Source: an uncultured Candidatus Peribacteria bacterium (GTDB taxonomy: Bacteria; Patescibacteriota; Gracilibacteria; Peribacterales; Peribacteraceae). Taken from it: 64,000 bases of DNA. Every line of letters starts with the position of its first letter. Position 1 is the first letter of the stretch. The notes under the pieces were generated by a model that saw nothing but the letters and a program-made list of their open reading frames with translations, did no database searches and was not told the origin of the DNA. The stretch is from the NCBI GenBank assembly GCA_964553135.1, contig CAZKJL010000001.1:563946-627945 (forward strand), read 5' to 3'. This document shows positions 27,912-36,276 of this stretch, piece by piece. The translations under genes and the position numbers were made by a program.

Positions 27912-28811
27912 ATGAGTCGTTTCGAGAAAGGTCTGGGCTACGCATTCGTCTCCGCGATCATTTGGGCGATCTTTCCCGTGCTCACGAAGCTGTCGTTCGG
28001 CACGATTTCGGCGCTTTGGTCGGCGGCCATCGGAACGTTTCTCTCCACGATCTTCTTCTTCGGCGTCATTGTGTACCGCGGCGAGCTGCGGCAAAAAGTG
28101 AGTGCGCTGTGCAAGAAAAGAATTTTCATCGCATGCATGCTCATCGGCGTCCTGTATTACGCATGTCTGTACGTGGGCATCAGCATGACGACACCGGGCA
28201 ACGCGGCCATCGTCTCGCTCATGGAAATTTTCTTCTCGTATTTGCTCATCAGTGTCATCGGCAAACATGAGAAGCTCGTCCCGGCTCACGTTCTCGGTGC
28301 GGTTTTCATGGTGGCGGGCACGCTCTTCATCTTGCTCCCGCAGAGCGGGGGAGGCGTGAATACGGGTGATTTCATCATTTTGTTCGGAGGTATCTTGCCG
28401 CCGCTCGGCAACCTGGCGATGCAACGCGCCAGGCAGGAGGTCTCCGCGGCGTACATCATGTTCTGGCGTTCGCTCGCGGGCTCCGCGATGCTCGCCGTCT
28501 TTGCCGTCGCTTTCGATGGACTGCCTACCACCGCTTCGGTGTGGGCGTCGCTTCCCGTGTTGCTTTGTCTCGGCTTCATCGTCTTGGGGCTTTCCAAAAT
28601 TCTGTGGATCGAAGCCATCCATCGGCTGCCCATTACGCAGACCATTTCGCTCGCCAGCATTCAGCCGTTCCTCACGATGCTCTTTGCGTACGCGCTCCTC
28701 TCACAAAAACCGGAGTGGGTGCAGCTCTACAGTTTGCCACCGATCATCGTGGGTATGTTTTTGCTCACGCGAAAATCCCGCATGTCTGCGGAGTCGCTTC
28801 AAGAACTGTAA
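27912..28811 (+). CDS. EamA/DMT family transporter
   Basis: About 10 TM helices in two EamA-like halves. Start at MSRFEKG. Confidence 0.75.
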   Translation: MSRFEKGLGYAFVSAIIWAIFPVLTKLSFGTISALWSAAIGTFLSTIFFFGVIVYRGELRQKVSALCKKRIFIACMLIGVLYYACLYVGISMTTPGNAAIVSLMEIFFSYLLISVIGKHEKLVPAHVLGAVFMVAGTLFILLPQSGGGVNTGDFIILFGGILPPLGNLAMQRARQEVSAAYIMFWRSLAGSAMLAVFAVAFDGLPTTASVWASLPVLLCLGFIVLGLSKILWIEAIHRLPITQTISLASIQPFLTMLFAYALLSQKPEWVQLYSLPPIIVGMFLLTRKSRMSAESLQEL

Positions 28812-29474
28812 TCATTTGGCGTTCGTCACGGTGCCGTCTCCCGTAATGGGAATACTGTCTCCCATGGCCAGGGGCTTGGCATTCCTGAGGATGTCACCGA
28901 GGGCTTTGATGCGAGCCAGGGATTCTCTCGCATTGTTTCTGATGATCGTGGACCATCGGTACTCCTGACGGTTGGCGCTCATGCCTACGGCGTCCACTTC
29001 GAGCGCATCAGCAATGAAGAGCGCGCGCGGCAAGTGAAACGTTTGCGAGACGATGATGACGCTCTCCACGCCGAAGATTTCTTTGGCGCGATAGACGCTG
29101 TCATACGTATCGAACCCGGCGTGGTCCATGAAGATGTCCTGTGCAGGGATTCCTTCGGCCAGGAGATTTTTTCGCATGACATCCACTTCGTCGTAGTACT
29201 TGCTGCCGTGATCGCCCGAGACGAGAATTTTTTGGACCTTTTTTTCTTTGTAGAGCGTCGCTGCGGTTGCCAGTCTGTCACTCAAAATCGCCGAGGCCGT
29301 ATTGCCGCGGACTTGGGCACCCAGCACCAGGGCCGTTTGTTTGGCGGGCACCTCGTTGAACTCGGTATAAAGGGAAGATTGCGCCGAAAGCACGATGTAC
29401 GCGTTGATCGCCAGGAAGATGACGATGAGCACGGCCAGCGCCGAAAAGCCGATTTTGAGCAGCTTGGAGATCAC
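28812..29474 (-). CDS. SanA/YdcF (DUF218) family protein
   Basis: N-terminal TM helix, ALVLGAQV, ILVSGDHGSKYYDEV and VSQTFHLPRALF are SanA-like motifs. Confidence 0.75.
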   Translation of the reverse strand: MISKLLKIGFSALAVLIVIFLAINAYIVLSAQSSLYTEFNEVPAKQTALVLGAQVRGNTASAILSDRLATAATLYKEKKVQKILVSGDHGSKYYDEVDVMRKNLLAEGIPAQDIFMDHAGFDTYDSVYRAKEIFGVESVIIVSQTFHLPRALFIADALEVDAVGMSANRQEYRWSTIIRNNARESLARIKALGDILRNAKPLAMGDSIPITGDGTVTNAK

Positions 29475-29563
29475 GGAAGCACTCTAACCCAATTGCGCGG
29501 ACTCACTGAGTGCATCTTTTTCTTTCCGTTGTTTTGCTGCATAATCTGCGGGCTTTCTCGTGT

Positions 29564-29583
29564 GTGTCACGGTAGCTCAGTTG
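29564..29583 (+). repeat. Orphan duplicate of the 5' end of tRNA-Met
   Basis: GTGTCACGGTAGCTCAGTTG at 29564-29583 is identical to 29657-29676, the start of the intact tRNA. The sequence after it does not fold as a tRNA. Confidence 0.8.
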
Positions 29584-29658
29584 CCTAGCCGAGCTTGCGA
29601 GGCGTCAGAAATAAGGGAAGCGCGGTTGCTCATCGTTCCTTTCGATCGGTTCATACGT

Positions 29659-29734
29659 GTCACGGTAGCTCAGTTGGTAGAGCATGGGACTCATAAGCCC
29701 AGGGTCGCCGGTTCAATCCCGGCCCGTGACACCA
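29659..29734 (+). tRNA. tRNA-Met (anticodon CAU, elongator-type; Ile2/lysidine type not excluded), CCA encoded
   Basis: Acceptor GTCACGG/CCGTGAC, D arm GCTC-AGTTGGTA-GAGC, anticodon loop CTCATAA, T arm GCCGG-TTCAATC-CCGGC, ACCA. Confidence 0.85.
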
Positions 29735-31413
29735 TACAGGTCGCTAATGTTATGACGGCTATCAGACTTCTCTGACTCAGGAATCATAAGCTCCAGAGTC
29801 ACGTCTGAGCCGTCAATTACTATGCGCTTCACAAGGTCATGAATGATGAGGCGTTTTGTTTCAAAATCCAGCTTCGCCAATGCCTTAGCGTACTTTTTTG
29901 CTATGTCCTTTGCGGCAATCAGACGCTCTCTCCGCTCCTCTGCATCCATCAGTTGAGACGCTATCGCTTCCAGGTCATCTGTGAGCTTAATTTTATCCTC
30001 TGTAATGCGCTTAGATTCTACCTCCAGTTCTCCTTCACCCTGATAGTCAAAACCCTTCTGATAGAGGTTCTTCACCCTCTGCCATTCTGCGGTTAATGCA
30101 TCAAACTCTTGCTGCTTCTCTGCTCTTTCCTGCTCAAGCTCGTATACATTCACTTTCTTTTTCTCTTCTTCCTCAATGCGCTTAATGAATACCTTGGGGT
30201 CAGATAACAACTGGGATACCTCCTGCCACACCCTTCCTTCAAGGATAGAACCCGAAATCTCTTTGTTATCACAAGGCGTAGGACTCTTACTCTTATTGGC
30301 TTTGCGACAACGATATTGCGGTAATTCGCCTATCTTTGTTTTCACGCCATCAATCGTTTTAATTTGAGGCTTCATGTAGCCCCCATAAGTAGACATGCAC
30401 CTGGCGCAATCCACTTTTCCAGAAAGCAGATATGTGTGCCTTCCCAGTTTTTGGGTGCGCTTGTTCTGTTCCAGTAGAGATTGTGCCTTCTTCCATATCT
30501 TTTTGCTGATGATCTGTGGACAAGGTATTGGAATCCAATCTTCCTCAGGATTCAGAACCTCCTTCATTTTTTTGGCTACAGCATCGTATTTCTTAGTCTT
30601 CTTTCCATAGTAATACAGGCCTGTATAGGCCTCATTCCTAAGGAGGCGGCCAACTGTTTTGTCGTGCCAGTAATTAGCTGGATTCACTTTGCGAATCTCC
30701 TTCTTGAGTTTCTTCTTTTTTCTGAGCTTATCCGCAACGCGGTCTGCCTGGGTTGGAATCTGTAAGGCATTCAATCGCTGCTGAATCTCGTAGGTTGTTT
30801 TTCTGTCTCTCACGAACCACTTAAATATCTTCTGCACGATCTTAGAAGTTTCAGGATTGATAGCGATTTTTTGGGAGTCAGGGTCTATGTCATAGCCATA
30901 TGAGTGCATCCCACCCACCCATTTCTTGTCTTTAGCAGCCTCAACTCTGCCTATGGCTGTGCGTTCCATAATTAAGTCCCTCTCCATCTCTGCAATGATT
31001 CCCAGGAGTCCTAGCATGAACTTTCCAAAGGTCGTTGTGGTGTTCACTTCCTGCTGAGACGTAGCGATGAAATCTATGTCTATATCCCTTAAATCCTCAA
31101 TAGCATTGAGCAGATAGCGCGTTTTGCGGAAGAATCTATCCAGCTTCCACACTAAGACCACATCAAACTCCTTCTTCTTCGCGTCCTCAAACAAGCGCGG
31201 TAACTCTGCTCTCTCGTGAATCTCAGACGCTCCTGAGAAGCCATCATCTATGTAGATATATTTCTCATTAAACGTATAAAGTTCGTCGTTTGCTGCCAGC
31301 CACTTCCGCATTTGTGATATCTGGGAGTCCTTTCCGTACTTCTCTCCTTGCTCAGTAGTACTCACACGAACATACATGCAAGCACGTCTCTTTGTGTTGT
31401 CTTCTTTCTTCAT
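29713..31413 (-). CDS. Large serine recombinase
   Basis: Resolvase catalytic domain (MYVRVSTTEQ, VLVWKLDRFFR), recombinase domain, zinc ribbon (CARC...CRKAN) and C-terminal coiled coil. The stop codon lies inside the tRNA-Met T-loop. Confidence 0.9.
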   Translation of the reverse strand: MKKEDNTKRRACMYVRVSTTEQGEKYGKDSQISQMRKWLAANDELYTFNEKYIYIDDGFSGASEIHERAELPRLFEDAKKKEFDVVLVWKLDRFFRKTRYLLNAIEDLRDIDIDFIATSQQEVNTTTTFGKFMLGLLGIIAEMERDLIMERTAIGRVEAAKDKKWVGGMHSYGYDIDPDSQKIAINPETSKIVQKIFKWFVRDRKTTYEIQQRLNALQIPTQADRVADKLRKKKKLKKEIRKVNPANYWHDKTVGRLLRNEAYTGLYYYGKKTKKYDAVAKKMKEVLNPEEDWIPIPCPQIISKKIWKKAQSLLEQNKRTQKLGRHTYLLSGKVDCARCMSTYGGYMKPQIKTIDGVKTKIGELPQYRCRKANKSKSPTPCDNKEISGSILEGRVWQEVSQLLSDPKVFIKRIEEEEKKKVNVYELEQERAEKQQEFDALTAEWQRVKNLYQKGFDYQGEGELEVESKRITEDKIKLTDDLEAIASQLMDAEERRERLIAAKDIAKKYAKALAKLDFETKRLIIHDLVKRIVIDGSDVTLELMIPESEKSDSRHNISDLYGVTGRD

Positions 31414-31465
31414 AGAAAGGATTATGCTTCAACTTGTGGAATAGTGAAAAAGTTTTCTACAAACG

Positions 31466-31495
31466 TATGTCGCGTAAGGAACATTATGCGACATA
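31466..31495. promoter_or_regulatory. Inverted repeat (possible operator) in the divergent recombinase/J-protein intergenic region
   Basis: TATGTCGC-N14-GCGACATA. Confidence 0.3.
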
Positions 31496-31653
31496 GAGAT
31501 TTTTGAAAATAACACACTATCTCATATTGTCTACATGGCCACCACCCTCCCCCAGGTTTCCGCTCTCCTCCCATCACCCGTCTTAAGCCCCACCAAAAAC
31601 TCTCCAGAGTCTCATCCCTCTCTGTTTCTGAATAAATTCTGTATGATGGAGCG

Positions 31654-33441
31654 ATGTTGGGCATCTTCCGCGTACTCTTTGGCAAACAAACATCAGGCAA
31701 TTCCCTAGTTTCCCAGTCCCCAGCAAAGAGTAATTCAAAGGGAACTCCATTTATTGATATCACTAAGGCAAAAATAGTTGTGCTCCCCAGGCTGCCCACA
31801 GCCAATGAATATCAAAAAGAGGGCATCTCTCATCCTCAGGAATACTGGGAGAGCTACAACAAAGGACAATCGCTCTATGGCAGAGGATGGTACGAGAAAG
31901 CCAAGGTGGAGTTTCTAAAGATTTACGATAATGAGCATGGGAATGCGTACTTCAGCCATCTCCTGCGAACGTACAGGCAGGGCGCAGAACGGTTTATAGA
32001 GAAGAAGAAATACGAAGATGCTCTACGCGAATACACGGAAATGTTTATAAAATGCCCTAATACAACGAATACGGATGTAAGGAAGTACAATAAACTCATT
32101 GATGCGATGGGGGCAGATGTGAAGAAAAAGCAGCTTATTGAAGTGGAGAAAGAGGAACCTGAATTTGTCTGCGATGGAAAAGTGATTGCCTTCCTTTCGG
32201 AAGCGAAGAAGCCCAAAGGCTTTAAGATTGAATACGATAACGAACGGCTCTCCCAGTATGCCCTTCGCAACAAAAAGCAGACGCTCACACCGCTGCTTCC
32301 GTACATCGTAGTTGAAGGCAACACAGTGCAGTACGCGGATACGGTTGAGTTCCCAAAAACGAGCCGCAAGCTCTACAGAATAAAAACAATACCAACTCCC
32401 TCTACCCCCTTCATGTTCAGTACGGAGGACTTACAGATTTACCTCTCTGACTGGCAATTCAATGAGCTACAGCACTTGGATGCATCCAGGTACACATCAG
32501 AGAAATACCATCTTCGGTGCATTGATATGGCTGGCGATCTTTCCGCTTTTGTCTTCACCATCGTTGATGAATGCTACCTAGTGAATGAGAATTTTAAGGT
32601 ATTCGGCGTATGGAGAGTTCCCTACAAAATTGATACGCAAGATGCAAAATATAAGAGAGAAACAAGGAGCGGAAACAATGGCAATGCTCAGAATACTGAT
32701 GTGCGCGAGGCACTGAATACCTTGGGAATCTCCAAAGATCAGCCCACCACAGACGATGTGAAACAGGCTTTCAGGCAGTTAACGAAGCAATATCATCCTG
32801 ACAAATACAAAGGCGAGGATGCGGAAGAGCGCACGAAGGCGATCATTGGCGCGTATGAACTCATTAAGAATGCGGACTTGCAGGGTGTGAATGCAGCGGA
32901 CATGGAAGATGAGTACTGGATGGAGGTGACACACACCTCAACATTTAATGCACACGGCTTTGAATTCACACTGCAAATGGGAATGGTGGTAGACCCTTCA
33001 GACTGGATATATGGAACTGGAATGGCGAAGGATGGCTCTCGTATTTACCTGGGTTGTTACTCAGGAAAAGTGTATTCCATCAACACGGAGGGAGTTGCGG
33101 ATATGGTCTACGTTATCCCCAGCGCAGAGCCAATATCTGAGATAATGGAATGCGGCGAATACCTTCATATATCTACATACTCACAGGTCTACATTATTCA
33201 TATAGAAGAACAGCGATTCATTAAAGCCATTCAACTGCATGGAGAAGAAAACGGTGCATCAGGATACGTTAAATACTATGAGGATGGATTCGTTCATGTG
33301 CTGGGTGATGCAGTTACAATCCATGACTGCAAAGGCGAAAAGTTAGGTTCTGTGAGCTTCGCAAAGAGTCTAAAATCTATCTGCGTTGCAGACGGGAAAT
33401 TCGTCTTTGAAACAGCTAGCAAACTGTATTTGTTTGGATGA
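31654..33441 (+). CDS. J-domain (DnaJ-like) protein with TPR-like N-terminal region and beta-propeller-like C-terminal region
   Basis: Central J domain DDVKQAFRQLTKQYHPDKYKGEDAEERTKAIIGAYELIKN with the HPD motif. The C-terminal roughly 170 aa have repeated beta-strand units (GSRIYLGCYSGKVYSIN, YLHISTYSQVYIIH, GFVHVLGDAVTIHD, GKFVFETASKLYLF). Confidence 0.7.
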   Translation: MLGIFRVLFGKQTSGNSLVSQSPAKSNSKGTPFIDITKAKIVVLPRLPTANEYQKEGISHPQEYWESYNKGQSLYGRGWYEKAKVEFLKIYDNEHGNAYFSHLLRTYRQGAERFIEKKKYEDALREYTEMFIKCPNTTNTDVRKYNKLIDAMGADVKKKQLIEVEKEEPEFVCDGKVIAFLSEAKKPKGFKIEYDNERLSQYALRNKKQTLTPLLPYIVVEGNTVQYADTVEFPKTSRKLYRIKTIPTPSTPFMFSTEDLQIYLSDWQFNELQHLDASRYTSEKYHLRCIDMAGDLSAFVFTIVDECYLVNENFKVFGVWRVPYKIDTQDAKYKRETRSGNNGNAQNTDVREALNTLGISKDQPTTDDVKQAFRQLTKQYHPDKYKGEDAEERTKAIIGAYELIKNADLQGVNAADMEDEYWMEVTHTSTFNAHGFEFTLQMGMVVDPSDWIYGTGMAKDGSRIYLGCYSGKVYSINTEGVADMVYVIPSAEPISEIMECGEYLHISTYSQVYIIHIEEQRFIKAIQLHGEENGASGYVKYYEDGFVHVLGDAVTIHDCKGEKLGSVSFAKSLKSICVADGKFVFETASKLYLFG

Positions 33442-33447
33442 GATGTC

Positions 33448-34767
33448 TTATTGAATCTGAGCCTCTGGTGTCCCAGTAGGGAGGGTTTCGGTTGCCAGCT
33501 TCGGAGGAGCTATTAGCTCAGTGACCATCTCTGGTAATTCTGGAAGTTCAGGCAGAAGGTTGCCCATGTCTTTCACCTTTTCCAGTGAGCGCGTCACGCT
33601 CTTCTGTCCAAGCCATGACTTGCCCACAGCATCGTTCCACGACTTAGAGGCATACTCTAGCCCTTTGTGAACGCCAACGAGCCTTTGAACGAAGTTCTCC
33701 AAGCGTCTACCCAGTTCTTTCACTTCTACGGAAAGTGCCTGAGCTTGTGTTGCAATTCTGTGCTGCCGCCATGCGTCAGCAATGAGCCAAATGAGAGGCA
33801 TGAGCGTTGCAGGACTCGTTACAATGACTTTCTGTGCCGCACAGTCCTGTAGCAACTCCTGGTCACATTCAAGTGCTGCTCTCATAGCGGCCTCACTGGG
33901 AATGAAGATCACAACGTAAGGTACTGAATCAGGTACGAACTCTTTATATTCGCGTTTTGTTAAATCTTTCACGCGATCTCTGAGCTTCGTACAAAACTCT
34001 TTATGCAGTAGCTTGCGCTCTTCATCGGTCTTAGCGTTATCTGCCGCCAGATAACTCTCGTACAGGGAGGCCTTGGCATCAATGGCAAGGGAGCGGCTGC
34101 TATGAGGGAGTTTAATGATGCAGTCTGGACGCAAACGGCGTCCCTCATCATCCAGGGATGTTGTCTGAATTGTGTAATCCGTTCCTTCTCTCAGATCACT
34201 CATTTGCAAGATATTTCTCAGCACTAACTCTCCCCATCGTCCGCGTACTGCGCCGCTAGTCGTTAGAGCGGTTTTAAGATGCTGAGTCTCCTCTATCAGC
34301 TTCTGTTCCTGTGTGCTCAATCCCTCAATCTGTTTTTCTAGCTGCGCGTACTTCACTGTCCTATCTGTCTCAAACTGAGTGATCTTGTCATTCGCACTCT
34401 TTAGCTGATCTGTCAGACCCTTCACTATGGATTCAATGGCTTGTTTACTGAGTTCCATTTTTCCCTCTGCTGCCGTAGTGATCTGAGTGAGGTCTTTTTT
34501 GGCACTGGCCTCATACAGTTTAGCCTCCTGCTCTAAGACTGTGGATGCCACTGCTTTAAAAGTGGTCTCCAATTTCTTCTCTGTTAACTGCATATCCTGG
34601 ATACGCAGATCGTAGGCCGTCTTAAGGTTCGCGATCTCGCTTTGATGCTGTAGCTCCTTTTGTACCATCTGGCCTCTCAGGGTGGCTATCGCAGCGTTAC
34701 GCCAAAGAAACACACCTACGCCTCCCAGCAGTCCGCCTAGGCCAATGAATAGAAGGTTGGTGAGCAT
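33448..34767 (-). CDS. rmuC: DNA recombination protein RmuC
   Basis: N-terminal TM helix, long coiled coil, and RGRWGELVLRNIL...LRPDCIIKLP...LAIDAKASL, the RmuC nuclease-like core. Confidence 0.85.
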   Translation of the reverse strand: MLTNLLFIGLGGLLGGVGVFLWRNAAIATLRGQMVQKELQHQSEIANLKTAYDLRIQDMQLTEKKLETTFKAVASTVLEQEAKLYEASAKKDLTQITTAAEGKMELSKQAIESIVKGLTDQLKSANDKITQFETDRTVKYAQLEKQIEGLSTQEQKLIEETQHLKTALTTSGAVRGRWGELVLRNILQMSDLREGTDYTIQTTSLDDEGRRLRPDCIIKLPHSSRSLAIDAKASLYESYLAADNAKTDEERKLLHKEFCTKLRDRVKDLTKREYKEFVPDSVPYVVIFIPSEAAMRAALECDQELLQDCAAQKVIVTSPATLMPLIWLIADAWRQHRIATQAQALSVEVKELGRRLENFVQRLVGVHKGLEYASKSWNDAVGKSWLGQKSVTRSLEKVKDMGNLLPELPELPEMVTELIAPPKLATETLPTGTPEAQIQ

Positions 34768-34815
34768 TTACGAATGGGAGTGAGTCTACCTCTGGGAGCT
34801 ATTTCTTCCAATGGC

Positions 34816-35238
34816 TTAATGGTTACGCCAATAATCAGAGACTTTCCGTGACTGAGCGAAGAAAAACTTGAGCCGCCCATCTGCATCCTCTTCTTTGGGA
34901 ACAAGGTACCCCAATTGCTCTGCTAAATCGTAAAAACCGTCCCCAGGTCTCCATGCTTCTTGGTTGTACACGATGGAACTCATCAGGAAACGTTCATTTT
35001 CATCCGTAATCTTCTTTGCATACTCCTCTGTTAGCTCACCCAGCATGTGGCGAAGCGCGAAGGAGTTAGCGTTCAGATGGATATGAGGAAGCTGATCATG
35101 CAGTCGGTCAGATAACTCACTATAGCTAATGACCCCCTCTGGGCTTTTGGCAATCGCGATAAGAAGCAGTTCAATCTTCTTCTTAGTGGGTTCCCACTCC
35201 ACGTCATCTTTGCCCATGTCATTGCGTATTGGTTCCAT
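34816..35238 (-). CDS. Hypothetical protein upstream of rmuC
   Basis: ORF 48 nt upstream of rmuC on the same strand. Start set at MEPIRND (35238) to leave promoter space; the ORF extends to 35307. No family recognised. Confidence 0.45.
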   Translation of the reverse strand: MEPIRNDMGKDDVEWEPTKKKIELLLIAIAKSPEGVISYSELSDRLHDQLPHIHLNANSFALRHMLGELTEEYAKKITDENERFLMSSIVYNQEAWRPGDGFYDLAEQLGYLVPKEEDADGRLKFFFAQSRKVSDYWRNH

Positions 35239-35310
35239 ACGAGAAAAAGGAATTGCGGTAAAGTGGGCTAAAATATACAGTAAAGACGCTTTCTTTTCTA
35301 CGCGCATTTA

Positions 35311-36276
35311 GTGAAGTTTGGCTTCCGCACACCATCACTCAAAAAAAGATTCGCAGCCAGAACATCTGTGAAGCGATTCGTGCGGCACTCTATGGGATTG
35401 AAGGCTCCTAGAGGAATGGGGATGCTCACAAACCCCAAGAAAGCCCTCTACAACAAGGTCTACAGGAAGACGACTTTCGGCATTGAGGATGTACTAAAGA
35501 GCGGCAAACGCACTGCATCTAAAGCCTCTCATTCTTCCGCTCCTGTTTCCCTCAACTCTATGTCCAAGCCGCCAATGGGTGCTTCTCAGAAGAAGATTTT
35601 ATGGATTGGAATTATTGGAACAATCGTCCTGATCTTCACTGGAGTTGGCGTAGTACTCGCGCCTTTCTTCCTCATTGGAGTGGTCTACTACTGGAATAAA
35701 ACTCCTGAAGTCAGGATGAAGAAGGCACTGACGATGAGCAATTACCTCTATAAGAAAGGACAGATACAAGAATCTATTGATGCTCTTTTGCCTTTTAAGG
35801 ATGCCAAAAACTATGAGGTCTCTAGCCGCCTCGCACATCGGTACGGACAACTGGGAAACTATGCAGAGGCAGAGACGTATGGAAGTTTTTGCTACGAGCG
35901 GAACCCTCATGACCTGGAGAATTTATATGTGCATTCCATCACTCTCTTTAATTTGAAGAAGTACAAAGAGTCGCAAGCAGCACTCTCCATTCTCCCAGAT
36001 TCCGCGCAGACAGAACCCATATTCGCAAACATCATCGGTGCGAACTACAACGGCATGGGGCAGGAAGATATAGCTGTAGAAATTTATAAGAAGTGCCTTG
36101 GCAGAAAGCAGAACATTGATGGTGAAGAGATCAGCATAGCCATTAACCTGGCGAAGATTCTCATTGAGAAAAAGAAGAAGGCAGATGCCAAAAAGTTCCT
36201 TCTGAGAATCCTCGCAGTTAGCCCAATGCATGAGGAAGCAACGGAACTGTTGGCGAAGACAGAGAAAAACGATTAA
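35311..36276 (+). CDS. Membrane-anchored TPR-repeat protein with basic N-terminal motif
   Basis: GTG start. N-terminus KFGFRTPSLKKRFAARTSVKR...GMLTNPKKALYNKVYRKTTF, TM helix ILWIGIIGTIVLIFTGVGVVLAPFFLIGVVYY, then TPR-like repeats. Confidence 0.6.
   Translation: MKFGFRTPSLKKRFAARTSVKRFVRHSMGLKAPRGMGMLTNPKKALYNKVYRKTTFGIEDVLKSGKRTASKASHSSAPVSLNSMSKPPMGASQKKILWIGIIGTIVLIFTGVGVVLAPFFLIGVVYYWNKTPEVRMKKALTMSNYLYKKGQIQESIDALLPFKDAKNYEVSSRLAHRYGQLGNYAEAETYGSFCYERNPHDLENLYVHSITLFNLKKYKESQAALSILPDSAQTEPIFANIIGANYNGMGQEDIAVEIYKKCLGRKQNIDGEEISIAINLAKILIEKKKKADAKKFLLRILAVSPMHEEATELLAKTEKND

Noticed and set aside
31422-31805. 127-aa minus-strand ORF between the serine recombinase and the J-domain gene.
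   Set aside because: It overlaps the start of the much better supported J-domain CDS and spans a C-rich promoter-like intergenic region. Its composition is odd and it has no motif.
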